Translations under genes and position numbers: made by a program
Origin: Eledone cirrhosa
Taxonomy: Eukaryota
NCBI GenBank assembly: GCA_964016885.1
Contig: OZ024748.1
Coordinates: 41,540,001 to 41,604,000, forward strand
Direction of reading: 5' to 3'
DNA length: 64,000 bases
The notes under the pieces: model-generated
Told to the model about the DNA's origin: nothing
The model's database searches: none
The model's input: the letters and a program-made list of their open reading frames with translations, nothing else
Part shown: piece after piece, positions 53,001 to 64,000 of the stretch
Layout of the letters: each line of letters begins with the position of its first letter
Numbering within the stretch: the stretch's first letter is position 1

Positions 53001-56000
53001 TGTAGTTGCTGTTGTAGTTGCTGTTGTAGTTACTGTTGTAGTTACTGTTGTAGTTATTGTTGTAGTTATTTTTGTAGTTACTGTTGTAGTTACTGTTGTA
53101 GTTATTGTTGTAGTTACTGTTGTAGTTACTGTTGTAGTTACTGTTGTAGTTACTGTTGTAGTTACTGTTGTAGTTACTGTTGTAGTTACTGTTGTAGTTA
53201 CTGTTGTAGTTATTGTTGTTACTGCTGTTGCTGTTGTAGTTGCTGTTGTAGTTACTGTTGTAGTTGCTGTTGTAGTTATTTTTGTAGTTACTGTTGTAGT
53301 TACTGTTGTAGTTACTGTTGTAGTTACTGTTGTAGTTATTGTTGTAGTTACTGTTGTAGTTACTATTGTAGTTACTGTTGTAGTTACTGTTGTAGTTATT
53401 GTTGTAGTTACTGTTGTAGTTACTGTTGTAGTTACTGTTGTAGTTATTGTTGTAGTTATTGTTGTAGTTGCTGTTGTAGTTACTGTTATAGTTGCTGTTG
53501 TAGTTACTGTTGTAGTTACTGTTGTAGTTGCTGTTGTAGTTACTGTTGTAGTTACTGTTGTAGTTACTGTTGTTGTTACTGTTGTAGTTACTGTTGTAGT
53601 TACTGTTGTAGTTGCTGTTGTAGTTACTTTTGTAGTTACTGTTGTAGTTACTGTTGTAGTTATTGTTGTAGTTATTGTTGTAGTTGCTGTTGTAGTTACT
53701 GTTGTAGTTACTGTTGTAGTTGCTGTTGTAGTTGCTGTTGTAGTTACTGTTGTAGTTACTGTTGTAGTTACTATTGTAGTTACTGTTGTAGTTGCTGTTG
53801 TAGTTACTGTTGTAGTTACTGTTGTAGTTACTGTTGTAGTTACTGTTGTAGTTTTTGTTGTAGTTACTGCTGTAGTTACTGTTGTAGTTACTGTTGTAGT
53901 TATTGTTGTAGTTATTGTTGTAGTTGCTGTTGTAGTTACTGTTGTAGTTGCTGTTGTAGTTACTGTTGTAGTTACTGTTGTAGTTACTGTTGTAGTTACT
54001 GTTGTAGTTACTGTTGTAGTTACTGTTGTAGTTACTGTTGTAGTCACTGCTGTAGTTACTGTTGTAGTTACTGTTGTAGTTATTGTTGTAGTTACTGTTG
54101 TAGTTACTGTTGTAGTTACTGTTGTAGTTACTGTTGTAGTTACTGTTGTAGTTACTGTTGTAGTTACTGCTGTAGTTATTATTGTAGTTATTGTTGTAGT
54201 TGCTGTTGTAGTTACTGTTGTAGTTGTTGTTGTAGTTACTGTTGTAGTTACTGTTGTAGTTACTGTTGTAGTTACTGTTGTAGTTACTGTTGTAGTTACT
54301 GTTGTAGTTACTGTTGTAGTTACTGTTGTAGTTACTGTTGTAGTTACTGTTGTAGTTATTGTTGTTACTGCTGTTGCTGTTGTAGTTGCTGTTGTAGTTA
54401 CTGTTGTAGTTGCTGTTGTAGTTATTTTTGTAGTTACTGTTGTAGTTACTGTTGTAGTTACTGTTGTAGTTACTGTTGTAGTTATTGTTGTAGTTACTGT
54501 TGTAGTTACTATTGTAGTTACTGTTGTAGTTACTGTTGTAGTTATTGTTGTAGTTACTGTTGTAGTTACTGTTGTAGTTACTGTTGTAGTTATTGTTGTA
54601 GTTATTGTTGTAGTTGCTGTTGTAGTTACTGTTATAGTTGCTGTTGTAGTTACTGTTGTAGTTGCTGTTGTAGTTACTGTTGTAGTTACTGTTGTAGTTA
54701 CTGTTGTTGTTACTGTTGTAGTTACTGTTGTAGTTACTGTTGTAGTTGCTGTTGTAGTTATTGTTGTAGTTATTGTTGTAGTTGCTGTTGTAGTTACTGT
54801 TATAGTTGCTGTTGTAGTTACTGTTGTAGTTGCTGTTGTAGTTACTGTTGTAGTTATTGTTGTAGTTATTGTTGTAGTTGCTGTTGTAGTTACTGTTGTA
54901 GTTGCTGTTGTAGTTACTGTTGTAGTTACTGTTGTAGTTACTGTTGTAGTTACTGTTGTAGTTACTGTTGTAGTTACTGTTGTAGTTACTGTTGTAGTCA
55001 CTGCTGTAGTTACTGTTGTAGTTACTGTTGTAGTTATTGTTGTAGTTACTGTTGTAGTTACTGTTGTAGTTACTGTTGTAGTTACTGTTGTAGTTACTGT
55101 TGTAGTTACTGTTGTAGTTACTGCTGTAGTTATTATTGTAGTTATTGTTGTAGTTGCTGTTGTAGTTACTGTTGTAGTTGTTGTTGTAGTTACTGTTGTA
55201 GTTACTGTTGTAGTTACTGTTGTAGTTACTGTTGTAGTTACTGTTGTAGTTACTGTTGTAGTTACTGTTGTAGTTACTGTTGTAGTTACTGTTGTAGTTA
55301 CTGTTGTAGTTATTGTTGTTACTGCTGTTGCTGTTGTAGTTGCTGTTGTAGTTACTGTTGTAGTTGCTGTTGTAGTTATTTTTGTAGTTACTGTTGTAGT
55401 TACTGTTGTAGTTACTGTTGTAGTTACTGTTGTAGTTATTGTTGTAGTTACTGTTGTAGTTACTATTGTAGTTACTGTTGTAGTTACTGTTGTAGTTATT
55501 GTTGTAGTTACTGTTGTAGTTACTGTTGTAGTTACTGTTGTAGTTATTGTTGTAGTTATTGTTGTAGTTGCTGTTGTAGTTACTGTTATAGTTACTGTTG
55601 TAGTTACTGTTGTAGTTACTGTTGTAGTTACTGTTGTAGTTACTGTTGTTGTTACTGTTGTAGTTACTGTTGTAGTTACTGTTGTAGTTGCTGTTGTAGT
55701 TATTGTTGTAGTTATTGTTGTAGTTGCTGTTGTAGTTACTGTTATAGTTGCTGTTGTAGTTACTGTTGTAGTTGCTGTTGTAGTTACTGTTGTAGTTACT
55801 GTTGTAGTTACTGTTGTTGTTACTGTTGTAGTTACTGTTGTAGTTACTGTTGTAGTTACTGTTGTAGTTACTGTTGTAGTTACTGTTGTAGTTACTGTTG
55901 TAGTTACTGTTGTAGTTACTGTTGTAGTTATTGTTGTTACTGCTGTTGCTGTTGTAGTTGCTGTTGTAGTTACTGTTGTAGTTGCTGTTGTAGTTACTGT

Positions 56001-58062
56001 TGTAGTTACTGTTGTAGTTACTATTGTAGTTACTGTTGTAGTTACTGTTGTAGTTATTGTTGCAGTTACTGTTGTAGTTACTGTTGTAGTTATTGTTGTA
56101 GTTATTGTTGTAGTTACTGTTGTAGTTACTGTTGTAGTTGCTGTTGTAGTTACTGTTGTAGTTGCTGTTGTAGTTACTGTTGTAGTTACTGTTGTAGTTA
56201 CTATTGTAGTTACTGTTGTAGTTACTGTTGTAGTTATTGTTGTAGTTATTGTTGTAGTTACTGTTGTAGTTACTGTTGTAGTTGCTGTTGTAGTTACTGT
56301 TGTAGTTGCTGTTGTAGTTACTGTTGTAGTTACTGTTGTAGTTACTATTGTAGTTACTGTTGTAGTTACTGTTGTAGTTATTGTTGTAGTTACTGTTGTA
56401 GTTACTGTTGTAGTTACTGTTGTAGTTATTGTTGTAGTTATTGTTGTAGTTGCTGTTGTAGTTACTGTTGTAGTTGCTGTTGTAGTTACTGTTGTAGTTA
56501 CTGTTGTAGTTGCTGTTGTAGTTACTGTTGTAGTTACTGTTGTAGTTACTGTTGTTGTTACTGTTGTAGTTACTGTTGTAGTTACTGTTGTAGTTGCTGT
56601 TGTAGTTACTGTTGTAGTTACTGTTGTAGTTACTGTTGTAGTTATTGTTGTAGTTATTGTTGTAGTTGCTGTTGTAGTTACTGTTGTAGTTACTGTTGTA
56701 GTTGCTGTTGTAGTTGCTGTTGTAGTTACTGTTGTAGTTACTGTTGTAGTTACTATTGTAGTTACTGTTGTAGTTGCTGTTGTAGTTACTGTTGTAGTTA
56801 CTGTTGTAGTTACTGTTGTAGTTACTGTTGTAGTTTTTGTTGTAGTTACTGCTGTAGTTACTGTTGTAGTTACTGTTGTAGTTATTGTTGTAGTTATTGT
56901 TGTAGTTGCTGTTGTAGTTACTGTTGTAGTTGCTGTTGTAGTTACTGTTGTAGTTACTGTTGTAGTTACTGTTGTAGTTACTGTTGTAGTTACTGTTGTA
57001 GTTACTGTTGTAGTTACTGTTGTAGTCACTGCTGTAGTTACTGTTGTAGTTACTGTTGTAGTTATTGTTGTAGTTACTGTTGTAGTTACTGTTGTAGTTA
57101 CTGTTGTAGTTACTGTTGTAGTTACTGTTGTAGTTACTGTTGTAGTTACTGCTGTAGTTATTATTGTAGTTATTGTTGTAGTTGCTGTTGTAGTTACTGT
57201 TGTAGTTGTTGTTGTAGTTACTGTTGTAGTTACTGTTGTAGTTACTGTTGTAGTTACTGTTGTAGTTACTGTTGTAGTTACTGTTGTAGTTACTGTTGTA
57301 GTTACTGTTGTAGTTATTGTTGTAGTTACTGTTGTAGTTACTGTTGTAGTTACTGTTGTAGTTATTGTTGTAGTTATTGTTGTAGTTGCTGTTGTAGTTA
57401 CTGTTGTAGTTACTGTTGTAATTACTGTTGTATTTACTGTTGTAGTTATTGTTGTAGTTATTGTTGTAGTTACTGTTGTAGTTATTGTTGTTGTTACTGT
57501 TGTAGTTACTGTTGTAGTTACTGTTGTAGTTACTGTTGTAGTTACTGTTGTAGTTACTGTTGTAGTTACTGTTGTAGTTACTGTTGTAGTTACTGTTGTA
57601 GTTACTGTTGTAGTTACTGTTGTAGTTACTGTTGTAGTTATTGTTGTAGTTATTGTTGTAGTTGCTGTTGTAGTTACTGTTGTAGTTACTGTTGTAGTTA
57701 CTGTTGTAGTTACTGTTGTAGTTACTGTTGTAGTTACTGTTGTAGTTACTGTTGTAGTTACTGTTGTAGTTACAGTTGTAGTTACTGTTGTAGTTACTGT
57801 TGTAGTTACTGTTGTAGTTACTGTTGTAGTTACTGTTGTAGTTACTGTTGTAGTTACTGTTGTAGTTACTGTTGTAGTTATTGTTGTAGTTGCTGTTGTA
57901 GTTACTGTTGTAGTTATTGCTGTAGTTACTGTTGTAGTTACTGTTGTAGTTACTGCTGTAGTTACTGTTGTAGTTACTGTTGTAGTTACTGTTGTAGTTG
58001 CTGTTGTAGTTACTGTTGTAGTTACTGCTGTAGTTACTGTTGTAGTTACTGTTGTAGTTGCT
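20040..58062. repeat. Giant 12-bp minisatellite (GTTGTAGTTACT)n, ~38 kb, roughly 3,100-3,200 units, with higher-order blocks
   Basis: Continuous array; common variants GTTATT and GTTGCT; rare marker variants recur in conserved order. Confidence 0.99.
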
Positions 58063-58221
58063 ATTTCTGTTTTGTTTTCTCCAATTATCACCCCTTCCCC
58101 TCCCGTCTTTATCAGATATACAAACAGTTATAACATACAGAGCCGTTAAACAATATCTGATATCACTTTACACATGACTGTTAACGAAACCAGAACAACG
58201 CCATAACAACATTATCAGGGC

Positions 58222-58310
58222 TATAACAACATTAACAACACTATAACAACAATACAATTAACAACAACTACTACAACTACAACTACTACTACCACTACTA
58301 CTACTACTAT

Positions 58311-58370
<60 letters not shown>

Positions 58371-58475
58371 CAGTACTACTACAACTACTACTTCCACTAC
58401 CACTACTATTACCACTGCTACTACCACTACTATTACAACTACTACTACCACTACCACTACTAGTACCACTACTAT

Positions 58476-58507
<32 letters not shown>

Positions 58508-58526
58508 GCACTACTACTACTACTAT

Positions 58527-58565
<39 letters not shown>

Positions 58566-58676
58566 CAGTACTACTACAACTACTACTACCACTACCACTA
58601 CCACCACTATTACCACTGCTACTACCAATACCATTACAACTACTACTACCACTACCACTACTAGTACCACTACTAT

Positions 58677-58712
<36 letters not shown>

Positions 58713-58729
58713 CACTACTACTACTACTA

Positions 58730-58775
<46 letters not shown>

Positions 58776-58828
58776 CACTACTACTACTACTACTACTACT
58801 GATCCTTCTACTACTACTACTACTACTA

Positions 58829-58922
<94 letters not shown>

Positions 58923-58927
58923 CACTA

Positions 58928-58982
<55 letters not shown>

Positions 58983-59023
58983 CACTACTACTACTTCTAC
59001 TACTACTACTACTACTACCACTA

Positions 59024-59078
<55 letters not shown>

Positions 59079-59173
59079 CACTACTACCACTACTACCACT
59101 ACTACTACTACACAATAATATGGCCGACGGGCATTAGATTTTCGATGACACTTTACTACCACTACTACTACTA
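58222..59173. repeat. (AAC)n/(ACT)n triplet microsatellite
   Basis: Seen directly. Confidence 0.95.
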
Positions 59174-59216
59174 CACAATAATATGGCCGACGGGCATTAG
59201 ATTTTCGATGACACTT
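59101..59216. repeat. Tandem duplication with 63-bp period
   Basis: CACAATAATATGGCCGACGGGCATTAGATTTTCGATGACACTT at 59111 and 59174. Confidence 0.9.
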
Positions 59217-59419
59217 CATCACATTTTTATACATAATACACCCCAATAAACCTTATCTCTCTCTCTCTCTCCTCACCCCTCTCTCTCATAATCCCCCTCT
59301 CTAACTCTCTCCTACTCCCCTCTCCCTCTCTAGCCCCTGCCATCTTGTATGTGTCTCAATCAGAAGACGCGGGAACGTGACCAAAAACACACAAAAACTT
59401 ATGTAAATGCACGTATGCA

Positions 59420-59421
59420 TC

Positions 59422-59510
<89 letters not shown>

Positions 59511-59519
59511 GTGTATGTG

Positions 59520-59577
<58 letters not shown>

Positions 59578-59587
59578 CATATGTGTA

Positions 59588-59655
<68 letters not shown>

Positions 59656-59665
59656 CATATGTGTA

Positions 59666-59714
<49 letters not shown>

Positions 59715-59719
59715 GTGTA

Positions 59720-59759
<40 letters not shown>

Positions 59760-59764
59760 TAAGT

Positions 59765-59796
<32 letters not shown>

Positions 59797-59814
59797 CATA
59801 TGTGTATGTGTGTG

Positions 59815-59856
<42 letters not shown>

Positions 59857-59923
59857 TAAGTTATATATATATATATATATATATATATCCATATATATAT
59901 ATATATATATATACATATGTGTA

Positions 59924-59987
<64 letters not shown>

Positions 59988-60026
59988 TAAGTTATATATA
60001 TATATATATATATATACATATATAAG

Positions 60027-60093
<67 letters not shown>

Positions 60094-60176
60094 CATATGT
60101 GTATGTGTGTGTGTGTATATATATATATATATCCCATATATTTATGCATAAATTATATATATATGCCTTTTTATGC

Positions 60177-60209
<33 letters not shown>

Positions 60210-60270
60210 TGTGTATATATATGTATACATAGTATGTGTGTGTGTGTGTGTATACATAGATAGATAGATA
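59420..60270. repeat. Compound (TA)n/(TG)n array with recurring CATATGTGTATG and CATATATAAGT linkers
   Basis: Seen directly. Confidence 0.95.
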
Positions 60271-60625
60271 CACAGTTTATTACTATATGCCTGCCCTTGT
60301 CAACTACCTTGGAAATGTCTTGAGGCCATAGCACGCATATTACACACACACAAACCTACATATATTCACACACACATAAACCTACATATATTCACACACA
60401 CACACGTACACATATATTAACTCTCTCTCACACACACACCCACACATATTTACTTACACACACACACATACTATAGTAAAACTATAGCAGCCCGCCCTCT
60501 CCAAAACAGAAATCCGCCTCCAAATTCTGGCTGTCAACGCCTTCATCAGTAATACGACATTAGACTGAGCACATGAAGCGTAGTAATTCGAAAGACACAA
60601 AATAGTACCTCGATTACATGGTTTA

Positions 60626-60744
60626 CCGCCACCGCCACCACCAACAACAACACAACCACCACCACCACCACCACCACCACCACCTACAATAACACCACTA
60701 CCACCACCACCACCACCTACAATAACACCACTACCACCACCACC

Positions 60745-60796
<52 letters not shown>

Positions 60797-60850
60797 CAAA
60801 TGCCACCACCAACAACAACAGCACAGCTACCATCGCCACACCCTCATGTA

Positions 60851-60899
<49 letters not shown>

Positions 60900-60904
60900 G
60901 TGTT

Positions 60905-60947
<43 letters not shown>

Positions 60948-61135
60948 GTGTTTGCATATATGCATGTAAAAGTGTATGTATATGTATACATGCATGTGTA
61001 TGCATGTAAATGTGTATATACTTGCATGTATATGTATGTAAATGTGTATGTCTATGCATGTATGTGTGTGTATATGTATATAAATATGCATATATATGTA
61101 CGTATGTGTACGTATGTATGTGATTATATATGTGT
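60626..61135. repeat. (CAC)n/(AAC)n then (TA)n-rich low-complexity DNA
   Basis: Seen directly. Confidence 0.9.
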
Positions 61136-61237
61136 ATCTTTCAACCCACGACACGAAGTCGTTTGACAGCAGAGCTGAAGAACTAAAAATAAAACAAGAT
61201 ACAACACTACAACAGCAATACAATAGAATAGAGTGAC

Positions 61238-64000
61238 GTACAGAGGAGTTGTGGAGGTGAAGTAGAGTGGGGTGTTGAGGTGAAGTACAGTGGAGGTGTT
61301 GAGGTGAAGTACAGTGGGGGTGTTGAGGTGAAGTAGAGTGGGGGTGTTGAGGTGATGTACAGTGGAGGTGTTGAGGTGAAGTAGAGTGGGGGTGTTGAGG
61401 TGAAGTACAGTGGGGGTGTTGAGGTGAAGTAGAGTGGGGGTGTTGAGGTGAAGTACAGTGGAGGTGTTGAGGTGAAGTACAGTGGGGGTATTGAGGTGAA
61501 GTACAGTGGGGGTGTTGAGGTGAAGTACAGTGGAGGTGTTGAGGTGAAGTACAGAGGAGTTGTTGAGGTGAAGTACAGTGGGGGTGTTGAGGTGAATGGG
61601 GGTGTTGAGGTGAAGTAGAGTGGGGGTGTTGAGGTGAAGTACAGTGGAGGTGTTGAGGTGAAGTACAGTGGGGGTATTGAGGTGAAGTACAGTGGGGGTG
61701 TTGAGGTGAAGTAGAGTGGGGGTATTGAGGTGAAGTACAGTGGAGGTGTTGAGGTGAAGTACAGTGGGGGTATTGAGGTGAAGTACAGTGGGGGTGTTGA
61801 GGTGAAGTACAGTGGGGGTATTGAGGTGAAGTACAGTGGGGGTGTTGAGGTGAAGTACAGTGGAGGTGTTGAGGTGAAGTACGGGGGTGTTGAGGTGAAG
61901 TACAGTGGGGGTGTTGAGGTGAAGTAGAGTGGGGGTGTTGAGGTGAAGTAGAGTGGGGGTGTTGAGGTGAAGTACAGTGGAGGTGTTGAGGTGAAGTACA
62001 GTGGAGGTGTTGAGGTGAAGTACAGTGGGGGTGTTGAGGTGAAGTAGAGTGGGGGTGTTGAGGTGAAGTACAGTGGGGGTGTTGAGGTGAAGTACAGTGG
62101 AGGTGTTGAGGTGAAGTAGAGTGGGGGTGTTGAGGTGAAGTACAGTGGGGGTATTGAGGTGAAGTAGAGTGGGGGTGTTGAGGTGAAGTACAGTGGAGGT
62201 GTTGAGGTGAAGTACAGTGGGGGTGTTGAGGTGAAGTAGAGTGGGGGTGTTGAGGTGAAGTACAGTGGAGGTGTTGAGGTGAAGTACAGTGGGGGTATTG
62301 AGGTGAAGTACAGTGGGGGTGTTGAGGTGAAGTAGAGTGGGGGTATTGAGGTGAAGTACAGTGGAGGTGTTGAGGTGAAGTACAGTGGGGGTATTGAGGT
62401 GAAGTACAGTGGGGGTGTTGAGGTGAAGTACAGTGGGGGTATTGAGGTGAAGTACAGTGGGGGTGTTGAGGTGAAGTACAGTGGAGGTGTTGAGGTGAAG
62501 TACGGGGGTGTTGAGGTGAAGTACAGTGGGGGTGTTGAGGTGAAGTAGAGTGGGGGTGTTGAGGTGAAGTAGAGTGGGGGTGTTGAGGTGAAGTACAGTG
62601 GAGGTGTTGAGGTGAAGTACAGTGGAGGTGTTGAGGTGAAGTACAGTGGGGGTGTTGAGGTGAAGTAGAGTGGGGGTGTTGAGGTGAAGTACAGTGGGGG
62701 TGTTGAGGTGAAGTACAGTGGAGGTGTTGAGGTGAAGTAGAGTGGGGGTGTTGAGGTGAAGTACAGTGGGGGTATTGAGGTGAAGTAGAGTGGGGGTGTT
62801 GAGGTGAAGTACAGTGGGGGTATTGAGGTGAAGTACAGTGGGGGTGTTGAGGTGAAGTACAGTGGGGGTATTGAGGTGAAGTAGAGTGGGGGTGTTGAGG
62901 TGAAGTACAGTGGGGGTGTTGAGGTGAAGTACAGTGGAGGTGTTGAGGTGAAGTACAGTGGAGGTGTTGAGGTGAAGTACAGTGGAGGTGTTGAGGTGAA
63001 GTACAGTGGGGGTGTTGAGGTGAAGTACAGTGGGGGTGTTGAGGTGAAGTACAGTGGGGGTGTTGAGGTGAAGTACAGTGGGGGTGTTGAGGTGAAGTAC
63101 AGTGGGGGTGTTGAGGTGAAGTACAGTGGAGGTGTTGAGGTGCAGTAGAGTGGGGGTGTTGAGGTGAAGTAGAGTGGGGGTGTTGAGGTGAAGTACAGTG
63201 GGGGTATTGAGGTGAAGTAGAGTGGGGGTGTTGAGGTGAAGTACAGTGGGGGTGTTGAGGTGAAGTACAGTGGGGGTGTTGAGGTGAAGTAGAGTGGGGG
63301 TGTTGAGGTGAAGTACAGTGGAGGTGTTGAGGTGAAGTACAGTGGGGGTATTGAGGTGAAGTACAGTGGAGGTGTTGAGGTGCAGTAGAGTGGGGGTGTT
63401 GAGGTGAAGTACAGTGGGGGTGTTGAGGTGAAGTACAGTGGGGGTATTGAGGTGAAGTACAGTGGGGGTGTTGAGGTGAAGTACAGTGGAGGTGTTGAGG
63501 TGCAGTAGAGTGGGGGTGTTGAGGTGAAGTAGAGTGGGGGTGTTGAGGTGAAGTACAGTGGGGGTGTTGAGGTGAAGTACAGTGGGGGTATTGAGGTGAA
63601 GTACAGTGGGGGTGTTGAGGTGAAGTACAGTGGAGGTGTTGAGGTGAAGTACAGTGGGGGTATTGAGGTGAAGTAGAGTGGGGGTGTTGAGGTGAAGTAC
63701 AGTGGGGGTATTGAGGTGAAGTACAGTGGGGGTGTTGAGGTGAAGTACAGTGGAGGTGTTGAGGTGAAGTAGAGTGGGGGTGTTGAGGTGAAGTACAGTG
63801 GGGGTGTTGAGGTGAAGTACAGTGGGGGTGTTGAGGTGAAGTAGAGTGGAGGTGTTGAGGTGAAGTACAGTGGAGGTGTTGAGGTGAAGTACAGTGGAGT
63901 TGTTGAGGTGAAGTACAGTGGGGGTATTGAGGTGAAGTACAGTGGGGGTGTTGAGGTGAAGTACAGTGGAGGTGTTGAGGTGCAGTAGAGTGGGGGTGTT
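61238..64000. repeat. 24-bp G-rich minisatellite (GAGGTGAAGTACAGTGGGGGTGTT)n, over 110 copies, runs off the window
   Basis: Constant unit with three main variable sites; internal 621-bp duplication (61730 versus 62351). Confidence 0.97.

Noticed and set aside
25116-58149. Plus-strand poly-Val and Cys-rich giant ORFs
   Set aside because: Alternative frames of the 12-mer satellite with implausible composition.
60480-60620. CTGATGA on the minus strand (60543-60549) as a hammerhead, or the island as an exon
   Set aside because: No downstream GAAA or helices; reading frames and splice sites are ambiguous.
61730-63148. KYSGGVEV repeat ORFs
   Set aside because: Frequent TAG variant units interrupt the frame; this is satellite DNA.

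Overview
AT-rich, repeat-saturated eukaryotic (animal) genomic DNA. The tRNA-derived SINE type and dense TA/CA/triplet microsatellites resemble an octopus/cephalopod genome (inference, unverified). About 60% of the window is one 12-bp minisatellite (20040-58062), and almost every ORF in the track is a repeat artefact. Real content: (1) a near-intact Penelope-like retroelement on the minus strand (RT plus C-terminal GIY-YIG endonuclease, one +1 frameshift) with a long 3' region ending in a hammerhead ribozyme; (2) around it, a same-polarity cluster of sequence-unrelated 250-340 bp fold-back mini-insertions in TA/GA microsatellites, most carrying minimal type-I hammerhead motifs and sharing an AGYACTC tail motif, which is the most interesting system here; (3) a 5'-truncated CRE-like non-LTR retrotransposon whose endonuclease-coding segment was amplified into a 76-79 bp minisatellite; (4) tRNA-derived SINEs; (5) two phase-compatible candidate exons of an unidentified minus-strand host gene; (6) several other minisatellites. 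All calls and coordinates were made by eye.
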